Positions 44,512-53,968 of a stretch of 64,000 nucleotides of DNA are shown in pieces (position 1 is the first letter of the stretch; the number at the start of each line of letters is the position of its first letter). Source of the stretch: Clostridia bacterium (lineage in GTDB: Bacteria > Bacillota > Clostridia > Oscillospirales > CAG-272); NCBI GenBank assembly GCA_017411745.1, contig JAFQPM010000025.1, forward strand, positions 1,595 to 65,594, in the 5' to 3' direction. Below the pieces are notes generated by a model that was given only the letters and a program-made list of their open reading frames with translations, had not been told where the DNA came from and searched no databases. Position numbers and translations under genes: made by a program.

Positions 44512-46164
44512 ATGAACAAGGAAGTTGCGAAAAAAAGGATTTGCGAAATAGTTGCGGCAGTTCTGTCGATTTTGATGCTTGCAGGCATATTTTCCTGTTT
44601 TTCCGTATTTGCGGATAACGCGCGTATAGAGGAGAGCACTTCGGGTGCCGCAGAGGATAATAGCGAAGGATCGTCGACTGTGATATTGCGTGGGGATGAG
44701 CTTGTAAATAAGACTTATCCCGGTTCAAATACTGCCGTGGAGCTTGTTGAGCGCGACGGCATATCCGTTATGGATCTTACCGTAAGTCAAGAGACCAACG
44801 ATACAATGGTTTATCTCGATGTTAAAGGATATAGAGCGACCCGATACGTCGTGGTTTTAGCACGCGCCGATATCGACGCCTATACTAATTTCTCAATTTA
44901 CTATCATACGAGCGCTCGTGGGGACGAGAGCATGTCCTTGGGAGAAGACGCAAGGGAAGCCTCTCCCTATTATTTCGGCAACGGATGGCAGTTTTTGGAG
45001 TTTGATATGAAGGACGAAGAGGGCTGGGGCGGAAGCATATATGAATTCAGATTGGACTACCTTGAGGGCGGCGACTATGCGGTCGGAACAAAATGCGAGA
45101 TCGCGGCGATCATTTTTTCGGATGACGCACAAGCGGTCTACGATGCCGCGTTTGATTTAATGACGGATATTTATTCTCCCGTTCAGACGCTTTCGGATTT
45201 CAAGGAGTTGGACGTTGCATATTTTTGCCACGGCAACTCACTTAATACTAAAATCGACGCAATCGAAGGCAACCTTATATACAGATACGTCGATGACGGA
45301 GAACCTAACGATCCGCAGGCGATGTTCGATTATCTTGGCTACACGGAAGCCAACGGAATGCAAGCGCTTACAACTGACGAGTTCAGATATACGGTCATAA
45401 GGTACAGCGCGCCGGAGATAGCTAATTCGGTTATGGAGCTGTTTACCTTGACGGGCTCTGCCCAAAGCTTGATGGAAATGATACGAGCAGAGAAGTATGT
45501 TTGTCACTCGGCACAGGCGAGCTACAACCGCGCGGTGACGTGGAACACTATGGTTCTTGATATGGCAGAAGACGATGGTCTTGAGGAGAACACCGGTCTG
45601 AAATACGGCTGGAATAGAGAAGATGGAGACAAAACGTTCAAGGGCTTCCGAGTAGACTGGTGCACCAAAGGCATAGCTGGATACTATCTGGAAATATCCG
45701 ATTTTATGTTTTATAAGGACGCGAAAGCGGCAGAAGGAATGACATTTGCTTTGTCGTCGCTGATGATCGGGGATACGTATTGGGGAGAAGACCCCGAAGA
45801 AACAACCGAGGATATCTTCATACCTCCGTGGGACAGCACGGTAGAGGAAACTACCGAAGAAACGGTACCGGAATACGTAAACCCCGATGAGAAAACGACC
45901 GAAAGTGTTTCGGAAGATATCACAGAGTCATCGACCGAAGAAACCACTGAAGAGTCTTCACAAGGTGAAACGGACACCGAGGAGAGTGAGGACGAGTCCA
46001 AGTCCGAGATCACAATGATCCCGGGCGGCGTTGGAGGATCTGAGGATGAGCCAAAAGAAAATGGCTCGGAGGTTCCTTTCTACGTGGCTTGCATTTCTCT
46101 TGCGGCACTCAGCGTGACGTCCGTCGTTGTTGTAGTGGTTATCAGGATAAAAGAAAAGATGTAA
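44512..46164 (+). CDS. Type I membrane / cell-surface protein with two beta-sandwich-like modules, an acidic T/E-rich stalk and a C-terminal TM anchor
   Basis: The N-terminal signal is VAAVLSILMLAGIFSCFSVFA. The modules end in IYEFRLDYLEGGDYAVGTKCEIAAIIF and FKGFRVDWCTKGIAGYYLEISDFMFY. The stalk reads TTEETVPEY..TEESSQGETDTEESEDE, and the C-terminal TM is FYVACISLAALSVTSVVVVVVI. Confidence 0.7.
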   Translation: MNKEVAKKRICEIVAAVLSILMLAGIFSCFSVFADNARIEESTSGAAEDNSEGSSTVILRGDELVNKTYPGSNTAVELVERDGISVMDLTVSQETNDTMVYLDVKGYRATRYVVVLARADIDAYTNFSIYYHTSARGDESMSLGEDAREASPYYFGNGWQFLEFDMKDEEGWGGSIYEFRLDYLEGGDYAVGTKCEIAAIIFSDDAQAVYDAAFDLMTDIYSPVQTLSDFKELDVAYFCHGNSLNTKIDAIEGNLIYRYVDDGEPNDPQAMFDYLGYTEANGMQALTTDEFRYTVIRYSAPEIANSVMELFTLTGSAQSLMEMIRAEKYVCHSAQASYNRAVTWNTMVLDMAEDDGLEENTGLKYGWNREDGDKTFKGFRVDWCTKGIAGYYLEISDFMFYKDAKAAEGMTFALSSLMIGDTYWGEDPEETTEDIFIPPWDSTVEETTEETVPEYVNPDEKTTESVSEDITESSTEETTEESSQGETDTEESEDESKSEITMIPGGVGGSEDEPKENGSEVPFYVACISLAALSVTSVVVVVVIRIKEKM

Positions 46165-46210
46165 GGTCAGTATGCGCTGACGTTGCAAGCCGAGATCAAT
46201 AAACAAAAAA

Positions 46211-46251
46211 AGAAGCGGCCTGCTATCGCGAAGAGATAGCAGACCGCTTCT
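46211..46251. terminator. Bidirectional terminator
   Basis: Stem AGAAGCGGCCTGCTATC pairs with GATAGCAGACCGCTTCT (one mismatch). It is flanked by an A-run and a T-run. Confidence 0.8.
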
Positions 46252-46260
46252 TTTTGTGAT

Positions 46261-46470
46261 TCAACTGTTTTTGATAGCGGAAGCAAGCTTTGCGGGGGTG
46301 TTGATCTCGGGGGAAAGCTCCACAGTCAAGCCCTCGTTTTCAAGCTGAATAACGAGCTCTGCAAGGTCGAGCGAGTCAAGGCCCATTTCTGTGAATTTCT
46401 GATCAACGCCGTAATTTTCAACGGGACGTCCCTGATATTCTGCGATGATCTCAATGATTTTCTGTTCCAT
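46261..46470 (-). CDS. Acyl carrier protein-like (stand-alone)
   Basis: The 69-aa protein carries the phosphopantetheine site motif GLDSLDLAELV. Confidence 0.7.
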   Translation of the reverse strand: MEQKIIEIIAEYQGRPVENYGVDQKFTEMGLDSLDLAELVIQLENEGLTVELSPEINTPAKLASAIKNS

Positions 46471-46775
46471 AAATGTTCTCCTATATAAAGTATGGTTTGT
46501 CCGCAGACGAAATATCCTATGGTTATTCTAACACATTTTCCCGAAAAAGTCAATGGTAATACCGTCAAAAAATGAAAGATCGGAGGCTTTTTTGATTTTC
46601 AAGAGCGATATTTGTCCAAATTGTGAGATGTCTGTGATGGATTTGTGTAAAATTGACCAACTAACCCGCAAAAAAACGCGGTTAATTGTGGTTTTTGACG
46701 ATTGAAAATTGTGAGCGCATATAGGTGTAGGAATTATATTTTAACAGGATCCGACAGGGTCAAGCGGAGGCAGAT

Positions 46776-47354
46776 GTGAAACTTCTTGAGGACAGAATAC
46801 GCAGCGACGGAAAAATCTTCGAGGGCGACGTGCTGAAGGTAGACAGCTTTGTAAATCACCAGATAGACGTAGGATTTATCAGCGAGCTGGGAAGGGAATT
46901 TTACAGACTTTTCTGCGATTGCGGCATCAACAAGATCCTTACGATAGAAGCGTCGGGCATTGGCATCGCTTGTCTTGTTGCCACGCATTTCAACGTCCCC
47001 GTCGTGTTTGCGAAAAAATCCAAGTCGATCAACATAAGCGCAGACGTTTATTCGTCCAAGGTCGAGTCCTATACCCACGGAAAGACCTACGACGTGATCG
47101 TATCGAAGGAATTTCTCGGTAAGGATGACAAGGTGCTTATCATCGACGATTTTCTTGCAAAGGGAAGTGCGCTCAAGGGACTGATAACTCTCGCCAAGAA
47201 CGCAGGCGCAGAGGTCGTCGGAGCAGGCATAATCATCGAAAAGGCATATCAGGGCGGCGGCGATTATATCCGCAACGAAATGGGTGTAAGGGTCGAATCG
47301 CTGGCAAGAGTTGCTTCTATGAGTGTCGAAGGCGGAGTCGTTTTTTGCGACTAA
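46776..47354 (+). CDS. xpt: Xanthine phosphoribosyltransferase
   Basis: MKLLEDRIRSDGKI..GDVLKVDSFVNHQID ... VLIIDDFLAKGSA is the PRPP motif. The start is GTG, with GGAGG 5 nt upstream. Confidence 0.9.
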   Translation: MKLLEDRIRSDGKIFEGDVLKVDSFVNHQIDVGFISELGREFYRLFCDCGINKILTIEASGIGIACLVATHFNVPVVFAKKSKSINISADVYSSKVESYTHGKTYDVIVSKEFLGKDDKVLIIDDFLAKGSALKGLITLAKNAGAEVVGAGIIIEKAYQGGGDYIRNEMGVRVESLARVASMSVEGGVVFCD

Positions 47355-47376
47355 ATATCAAAAAATTTAATATCAA

Positions 47377-47467
47377 ACTACCGATATAATCCCGAATGAG
47401 AGAGTGCGATACGCACTCGAAGGCTCGGAAGTCTCTACCGCGCGGCATAATGCGCGACTATTGGTGT
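47377..47467 (+). promoter_or_regulatory. Purine (guanine-type) riboswitch aptamer with an atypical enlarged P2
   Basis: P1 is ACCGAUA / UAUUGGU, J1/2 is UAUAAU, J2/3 is GUCUCUACC, P3 is CGCGCG gcauaa UGCGCG, and J3/1 is ACU. All are collinear with the B. subtilis xpt aptamer as I recall it (UAUAAU ... GUUUCUACC ... GACUAUG). It is followed by a terminator and the nucleoside-uptake operon. Confidence 0.6.
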
Positions 47468-47488
47468 TCCGCAACGGGCGGATTATCG

Positions 47489-47514
47489 GCAGTTATTGAT
47501 ATAACTGCTTTTTT
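47489..47514 (+). terminator. Riboswitch expression-platform terminator
   Basis: GCAGTTAT tgat ATAACTGC, followed by TTTTTT. Confidence 0.75.
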
Positions 47515-47573
47515 GTTTACAATCGGGAGCTTTCCCGGGTAAAAATAAAAATTTTTATGGAGGAACATTGGAC

Positions 47574-48860
47574 ATGTTCAAGAAAATTCTTTCACTCGTT
47601 CTCGTAGCTGCAATGATCGCAACATTCTGCGCAGTATTTGCTTCCTGCGACACCGGATCGGACGAGCTCAAGGGACTCAGCGAGTCTCCCCTTCCTACCC
47701 CCGCGGTCAGCTCGAGCGTTGAAATCCCCGAAGATTTCAAGATCGGCTTCATCTGTCTGCATGATGAAAACTCCACCTATGACAACAACTTCCTCAAGGC
47801 AGTTGCTGCTGTAAAGGCCGCACTTGGACTCACCGATAAGCAGGTTATCATCAAGACTCAGATCCCCGAAGGCGACGAATGCTACGTTGCAGCAAAGGAT
47901 CTTGCAAGCCAGGGTTGCGACATCGTATTCGCAAATTCCTTCGGCCACGAGCCCTTCATGCTTCAGGCTGCAGCAGAATTCCCCGAGGTTGAGTTCTGCC
48001 ACGCTACAGGTACCATGGCTCACACCGCAGGTCTTGACAATTTCCACAACGCGTTTGCTTCCATCTACCAGGGAAGATATCTTGCAGGTATCGCTGCAGG
48101 AATGAAGCTCAACGAGATGATAAAAGCAGGCGAGATCACTGCTGACGAGGCAGTTATGGGTTACGTTGGTGCATTTACCTACGCTGAGGTTATGTCCGGA
48201 TTTACCTCCTTCTATCTTGGTGCTAAGTCCGTATGTCCCTCCGTTACCATGAAAGTTCAGTACACCGGCTCTTGGTACGACGAGGCTCTCGAGCAGGAGG
48301 CTGCAAATGCGCTTCTTTCTAAGGGTTGTGTTCTTATTTCCCAGCACGCAGACTCCATGGGTGCTCCCTCCGCTTGTGAGGTTAAGGGCGTTCCGAACGT
48401 TTCCTACAACGGCAGCACCTACGATGCTTGCCCCGATACGTTTATCGTTTCTTCCGCTATCAACTGGGCGCCTTACTACGTATACATCATCGAGTCCGTT
48501 ATTAACGGAACCGAGATCGCTGACGACTGGTGCGGCGGCATCAAGGAAGGCTCCGTAGTTCTTTCCGGCATCAACCTCGACGTTGCTGCAGAGGGAACTG
48601 TTGAGGCTATCGAGGCTGCTATTGCAGACTTCAAGGCAGGCACTCTCCACGTATTTGACGTTACCAAGGACAACTATATCACCGTTAACGGCGAGAAGCT
48701 GACCACATACATGGCAGACGTTGATACTGACGATGCATTCACTCCCGACACCGAGGCTATCAAGGACGGTTACTTCAACGAGTCCGGAGATCGTTCGGCT
48801 CCCTATTTCAACATTCTTATAGACGGTATTGAAAACCTCAACACCAACTTTGGAGAATAA
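47574..48860 (+). CDS. BMP-family (PnrA/Med-like) ABC transporter substrate-binding lipoprotein, nucleoside/purine type
   Basis: The lipobox is FCAVFASC, and the BMP pattern FANSFGH ... GYVGAF ... YTGSWYD is present. ATG 47574 is preferred over TTG 47568, with GGAGG 10 nt upstream. Confidence 0.85.
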   Translation: MFKKILSLVLVAAMIATFCAVFASCDTGSDELKGLSESPLPTPAVSSSVEIPEDFKIGFICLHDENSTYDNNFLKAVAAVKAALGLTDKQVIIKTQIPEGDECYVAAKDLASQGCDIVFANSFGHEPFMLQAAAEFPEVEFCHATGTMAHTAGLDNFHNAFASIYQGRYLAGIAAGMKLNEMIKAGEITADEAVMGYVGAFTYAEVMSGFTSFYLGAKSVCPSVTMKVQYTGSWYDEALEQEAANALLSKGCVLISQHADSMGAPSACEVKGVPNVSYNGSTYDACPDTFIVSSAINWAPYYVYIIESVINGTEIADDWCGGIKEGSVVLSGINLDVAAEGTVEAIEAAIADFKAGTLHVFDVTKDNYITVNGEKLTTYMADVDTDDAFTPDTEAIKDGYFNESGDRSAPYFNILIDGIENLNTNFGE

Positions 48861-49007
48861 GTTTAACTAACAGCAAGGGCTGTCGCAATTTGAAAATTAC
48901 GGGTTGCGACAGCCCTTATTGATTTTTGTTTTTGTATTTTAAGGGTGTATTGTTGAAATACAATATTTCGTTAAAATGTAAAAACGTATGCTGCAAGGAG
49001 GTACGCT

Positions 49008-50588
49008 GTGAAAGGCGCAATAGCACTTGAATTAAAACACGTAACCAAGCGGTTCGGAGCCGTTGTGGCAAACCACGACGTCAGTCTGTCGGTCCACCAC
49101 GGAGAGATACTTGCCGTTTTGGGCGAAAACGGAAGCGGCAAGACCACGCTGATGAATATGATCTCGGGAATATATTATCCTGACGAGGGCGAGATCTATA
49201 TTGACGGCAACAAGGCGCAGATCCTGTCGCCCAAGGACTCCTTCAAATACGGAGTCGGAATGATCCACCAGCATTTTAAGCTGGTAGACGTTTTCTCTGC
49301 GACCGAAAATATTGTTCTTGGTATCGAGGACGGAAAAAAGTTCAATTTAAAGGAATCGTCGGCAAGGATCGCCGAGATCGCCGATAAATACGGCTTTGAG
49401 ATCAGCCCCGAGAAAAAGATATACAATATGTCGGTATCGGAAAAGCAGACGGTAGAGATCCTCAAGGTGCTTTATCGCGGCGCTGACATACTTATCCTTG
49501 ACGAGCCCACGGCGGTTTTGACTCCCCAGGAGACCGACAAGCTTTTCGCGGTTCTCCGCAGAATGCGTGACGATGGAAAGTGCATCATTATTATAACGCA
49601 TAAGATGCACGAGGTTTTGTCGCTGTCCGACAGAGTTGCAGTCTTGCGTAAGGGTGAGTACGTCGGTACGGTCGAGACTGCGATGACTAGCGAGAGCGAG
49701 CTGACCGAAATGATGGTTGGAAAGAAGATCGCGCTCAACATCGACAGAACAGACGCGCTTGGTCTTGGCGAGCGACTTGTCGTAGACAAGCTGAATTGCT
49801 TGGACGAATACGGCGTCAAGGTATTGCAGGACGTCAGCTTTTCGGTGCACGGAGGAGAGATCTTGGGTATAGCGGGTATCGCGGGAAGCGGACAAAAGGA
49901 GCTTCTTGAGGCGATCGCGGGAATCCAGCCCACCGAAAGCGGAAAAATTTCTTATATCGAACCTGAAAGTAAAGAGCTTATCGACCTGAGAACCAAGACT
50001 ACCGCCGAGATCAGAGATCTTGGAATCAGACTTTCATTCGTTCCCGAGGATCGACTTGGAATGGGTCTGGTAGGAAATATGGACGCGGTCGACAATATGA
50101 TGCTGCGCGGATACGAAAAGAGCACGGTCTTCGTTGACAGAAAGAAGCCGAAGGAGCTTGCCGATAAGATCATTGACGAGCTTGAGGTCGTTACTCCCGG
50201 CACGAGCACTCCTGTTCGTCGCCTTTCGGGCGGTAACGTGCAGAAGCTGCTCGTAGGACGCGAGATCGCGTCCGCGCCCAAGGTGTTTATGGCGGCTTAT
50301 CCCGTAAGAGGACTTGATATCAATTCGTCCTACACCATATACAATCTTTTGACCAAGCAAAAGGAAAGCGGCGTTGCGGTCATGTTCGTCGGCGAGGATC
50401 TTGACGTTCTTATGGATCTTTGTGACAGAATTATGGTAATTGCCTCGGGTAAGATCACGGGAATAGTCGATGCGAGAACTATTACGAAGGAAGAATTGGG
50501 TCTGCTTATGACCAAAACCACCTCTGTTTTTGAAGATCGGGAATCCCGTACGAATTCTGAAGAAAAGGAGAGCCTTAGCGATGAGTGA
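49008..50588 (+). CDS. ABC transporter ATP-binding protein (duplicated ATPase, nucleoside/sugar type)
   Basis: Walker A motifs GENGSGKTT and GIAGSGQKE, plus signature LSGGNVQK. The start is GTG, with GGAGG upstream. Confidence 0.9.
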   Translation: MKGAIALELKHVTKRFGAVVANHDVSLSVHHGEILAVLGENGSGKTTLMNMISGIYYPDEGEIYIDGNKAQILSPKDSFKYGVGMIHQHFKLVDVFSATENIVLGIEDGKKFNLKESSARIAEIADKYGFEISPEKKIYNMSVSEKQTVEILKVLYRGADILILDEPTAVLTPQETDKLFAVLRRMRDDGKCIIIITHKMHEVLSLSDRVAVLRKGEYVGTVETAMTSESELTEMMVGKKIALNIDRTDALGLGERLVVDKLNCLDEYGVKVLQDVSFSVHGGEILGIAGIAGSGQKELLEAIAGIQPTESGKISYIEPESKELIDLRTKTTAEIRDLGIRLSFVPEDRLGMGLVGNMDAVDNMMLRGYEKSTVFVDRKKPKELADKIIDELEVVTPGTSTPVRRLSGGNVQKLLVGREIASAPKVFMAAYPVRGLDINSSYTIYNLLTKQKESGVAVMFVGEDLDVLMDLCDRIMVIASGKITGIVDARTITKEELGLLMTKTTSVFEDRESRTNSEEKESLSDE

Positions 50589-51768
50589 GAATATCGATCG
50601 TGTAAACGAGACCGAAGCGGCGGTTCAAGATGTAAAGCCCGACGGTCACAAGGACCAAAAGAAGCGCGAGCCCCTTTTCCATATAACCAAGCGCGGACAG
50701 CTGCCGCTTATACAGGCGATAGGCATTCGTGCGGCGGCGATAGTGCTGGCGCTTATCGTTGGAGGAATCGTATCGGTCTTTGTCACGGGAAAAAACCCCA
50801 TTGATATATATGCTTCTATTTTTGACGGGGCTTTTGGAAACGGCGACAGAGCCTGGGTCACGCTGCAGGAGATCGCGGTGCTTTTGGGAATATCTCTTGC
50901 TGTCACACCCGCATTCAGAATGAGATTCTGGAACACCGGAGCAGAGGGACAGGTGCTTATAGGCTGTCTTGCAACTGCGGCTTGTATGTTCTGGATAGGC
51001 GGAAGCGTTCCCGAATGGCTGCTTATTGTTATAATGCTTGGAGCAAGTATAATTGCAGGAATTTTGTGGGGAGTGCTGCCCGCAGTCTTCAAGGCATTCT
51101 GGGGAACAAACGAAACCTTGTTCACGCTTATGATGAACTACGTTGCGATCCAGCTGGTTGAAAGCTTTTTGAAGATAGCGGACAAGAGTGGATCTAACAC
51201 CGTAGGTCCTACGATATTGGTTCACGGATGGGTGCCAAACCTCTTTGGTGTACAGTATCTGCTCAATATCGTTATCGTAGCTGCACTTTGTGTGCTCATG
51301 TATATCTATCTGAAGAAGACCAAGCAGGGATACGAGATCTCCGTAGTCGGAGAAAGCGAAAATACTGCCCGCTACGTTGGAATAAACGTAAAAAAGGTCA
51401 TTATTCGTACTATGGCTATTTCCGGTGCTATCTGCGGTCTGATCGGATTTTTGCTTGTTGGTGCGACCTCGCACTCTATCGACGCGGATCTTGTCGGCGG
51501 ACGCGGATTTACCGCGATCATGGTTTCCTGGCTTGCAAAATTCAATCCCGTAATTATGGTATTGACCTCGTTTTTGCTGGTATTCCTTGATCTTGGAGCA
51601 GGGGAGATGTCGTCTGCTCTAGGACTTAACAAGTCCTACGGAGAGATCCTTACGGGAATCATTCTTTTCTTCATCATCGGATGTGAGTTCTTCGTACAGT
51701 ATAAGATCAACGTAAATAAGAACCATAAGTTCTTTGTAAAGAAAGGCGAAAAGGAGGTGCTGGAATGA
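50581..51768 (+). CDS. ABC transporter permease
   Basis: The protein is polytopic. Start at ATG 50581, which overlaps the ATPase stop as ATGA. Confidence 0.85.
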   Translation: MSENIDRVNETEAAVQDVKPDGHKDQKKREPLFHITKRGQLPLIQAIGIRAAAIVLALIVGGIVSVFVTGKNPIDIYASIFDGAFGNGDRAWVTLQEIAVLLGISLAVTPAFRMRFWNTGAEGQVLIGCLATAACMFWIGGSVPEWLLIVIMLGASIIAGILWGVLPAVFKAFWGTNETLFTLMMNYVAIQLVESFLKIADKSGSNTVGPTILVHGWVPNLFGVQYLLNIVIVAALCVLMYIYLKKTKQGYEISVVGESENTARYVGINVKKVIIRTMAISGAICGLIGFLLVGATSHSIDADLVGGRGFTAIMVSWLAKFNPVIMVLTSFLLVFLDLGAGEMSSALGLNKSYGEILTGIILFFIIGCEFFVQYKINVNKNHKFFVKKGEKEVLE

Positions 51769-52757
51769 TCTTCGGATTTCCAATAGTATTGTTTATTCAG
51801 CGTGCTATTTTGCAGGGAACAGCACTGCTTTTCGGCTCAACGGGAGAAATTTTGACCGAAAAATCGGGAAATCTTAATCTCGGTATTCCCGGAATTATGT
51901 ATATCGGCGGCATTTCGGGCGTTATCGGCGGATTTCTTTATCAAAGCTCCGCGGGAAGAACGGTTAATCCTGTGCTTGCGATCATTATTCCGCTGCTTTC
52001 AAGCCTTTTGGGCTCGCTTCTGGCATCCTTGCTTTATTGCTTCCTGACGGTTACGCTCAGAGCAAATCAGAACGTGACGGGTCTTGCCCTGACTACCTTT
52101 GGTGTGGGCTTCGGCAACTTCTTCGGCGGCTCTTTGATCAAGCTTGTAGACAGCGAGGTTCCCTCGATCGCACTCACCAAGATTGCAAAGGTGTTCAAGA
52201 AAACATTGCCCTTTGCCGACGATCTCGGGTGGTTTGGAGATATCTTCTTGAGCTATGGATTTATGGTATATCTTGCGATAATTCTCGCGGTCGTAGCATC
52301 TATATTCCTGAAAAAGACCCGCACAGGACTTTATCTGCGCGCAGTCGGAGAGAATCCCGCGACGGCAGATGCGGCAGGAATCAACGTCTCGAAATATAAG
52401 TATCTTTCCACCTGCATCGGCGGAATGATCGCGGGACTTGGAGGCTTGTACTACGTTATGGACTACACCAACGGTGTTTGGTCGAACAACGGATTCGGTG
52501 ACAGAGGTTGGCTTGCGATAGCACTTGTTATTTTTGCAACCTGGAAGCCCTCGGTCGGTATTGTGGGCTCGTACCTTTTCGGTGCGCTCTACGTTCTCTA
52601 TAATTACATCAGCGTAAGCATGCCGATGATGCCTATCATTCAGATGCTTCCTTATGTGGTAACCATCATTGTTCTCATTATTACAAGCATGAGAAACAAA
52701 AAAGAAAATCAGCCCCCCGCATCTCTCGGTCTTTCTTATTTCCGAGAAGAGCGATAG
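51765..52757 (+). CDS. ABC transporter permease
   Basis: The protein is polytopic and has an ATGA overlap with the preceding permease gene. Confidence 0.85.
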   Translation: MIFGFPIVLFIQRAILQGTALLFGSTGEILTEKSGNLNLGIPGIMYIGGISGVIGGFLYQSSAGRTVNPVLAIIIPLLSSLLGSLLASLLYCFLTVTLRANQNVTGLALTTFGVGFGNFFGGSLIKLVDSEVPSIALTKIAKVFKKTLPFADDLGWFGDIFLSYGFMVYLAIILAVVASIFLKKTRTGLYLRAVGENPATADAAGINVSKYKYLSTCIGGMIAGLGGLYYVMDYTNGVWSNNGFGDRGWLAIALVIFATWKPSVGIVGSYLFGALYVLYNYISVSMPMMPIIQMLPYVVTIIVLIITSMRNKKENQPPASLGLSYFREER

Positions 52758-52838
52758 GGGGTCAAATCGGGGAAGCTTCGCTACACGGCACGGCTTTCCC
52801 GATTTCTTCAAAAAACAAGAGCTTTTTTGGCTTTTTTG

Positions 52839-52867
52839 TTGACAGAATTGCATCTGTGTATTATAAT
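52839..52867 (+). promoter_or_regulatory. Consensus promoter of the nucleoside hydrolase gene
   Basis: TTGACA (52839-52844), 17-nt spacer, TATAAT (52862-52867). Confidence 0.65.
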
Positions 52868-52942
52868 ATAGTTAGTCTTGCTTTGTTGGTAAAAGCCCTC
52901 GGCATCGACGAGCAAAAAAACTTTATCACGAGGTGAAATCAA

Positions 52943-53911
52943 ATGTTTGAATCCTTAAAAATGAAAAACAGAAGCATTATTCTCGACACCGATATAGGTC
53001 CCGATTGCGACGACGTAGGCGCGCTTGCGGTATTGTTTTCCTATGCAAAGGAAAATAACGTTTCGATACTCGGAGTCTGCAACTGTACGTCAAATACTTA
53101 CGGAAGTGCGACTGTTGACGCCGTAAAGGAGTTTTGCAACGCTCCTGATTTTAAGATAGGTATGTATTCCAAGCCGGGATTTTTCAGCTTTGATAACCCC
53201 GTGCACGTGAAATATAATAAATATATCGCGGAAAAATACTCAAAGAAATATAACGACGGCACGCTTGAGCTGTTGCCCCACGTTTCCTTCTACCGCAGTT
53301 TGCTTGCAAACGCCGAGGACGACGGAGTGGTGCTGGTAACTATTGGAATGTTCAACGCGTTTGCGGACTTTCTTAAGAGTGGTCCCGATAAGTACAGCGA
53401 CCTTAGCGGAATAGAGCTCGCCAAGAAAAAGATACACGCCGTAGTTTCTATGGCTTCGATTTTACCCGAGGGAAGAGAGTTCAACGTGTTCTGTGACTAC
53501 AAGGCGGCAAAATACTGCTTTGAAAATTGCCCTGCGCCCATGTACCTCTCGGATTTTCACATCGGTGTATCAATATTGACGGGATATTCTCCCGAGGCGG
53601 CGGAAAAGCACCCGAACAATCCCATAGTCGAGGCATATCAGCTTTATACAAAGGGATTTCCAAGACCGGGATTCAACTGTACTTTCGATTTGACTGCCGT
53701 TCAGTTCGCGTTTGAGGGAGAGGGAGATCTCTATTCCTTGACCGTCCCCGGCAGAATTGAATTTTACAACGCAGATCCCGAAAAATTCGAAGCGGATGCC
53801 AATAGATTTGTCGAGGACGAAAACGGCAAGATCTACTTTATGAAAAAGGTAGCCTCCGACGAGGAGATCGCCAAGAGCATTCAGGCGAGAATGGATGAAT
53901 ACGTATTATAA
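52943..53911 (+). CDS. Nucleoside hydrolase (IUNH family)
   Basis: The N-terminal ILDTDIGPDCDDVGAL contains the DTDxGxDxDD motif. GAGGTGA lies upstream. Confidence 0.7.
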   Translation: MFESLKMKNRSIILDTDIGPDCDDVGALAVLFSYAKENNVSILGVCNCTSNTYGSATVDAVKEFCNAPDFKIGMYSKPGFFSFDNPVHVKYNKYIAEKYSKKYNDGTLELLPHVSFYRSLLANAEDDGVVLVTIGMFNAFADFLKSGPDKYSDLSGIELAKKKIHAVVSMASILPEGREFNVFCDYKAAKYCFENCPAPMYLSDFHIGVSILTGYSPEAAEKHPNNPIVEAYQLYTKGFPRPGFNCTFDLTAVQFAFEGEGDLYSLTVPGRIEFYNADPEKFEADANRFVEDENGKIYFMKKVASDEEIAKSIQARMDEYVL

Positions 53912-53919
53912 TCAGAGAA

Positions 53920-53943
53920 CCCTCCCCGAGCTCTCGGGGAGGG
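53920..53943. repeat. G/C-rich perfect palindrome
   Basis: CCCTCCCCGAG ct CTCGGGGAGGG. There is no U-tract. Confidence 0.85.
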
Positions 53944-53968
53944 TAAATTAAGAGAACAAAAGGATTTT

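Noticed and set aside
46600-46775. An expected guanine riboswitch upstream of xpt.
   Set aside because: None of the UAUAAU ... UCUACC ... GACUAU junction strings are present upstream of xpt. The only purine-riboswitch-like element lies downstream of xpt, at 47377-47467.
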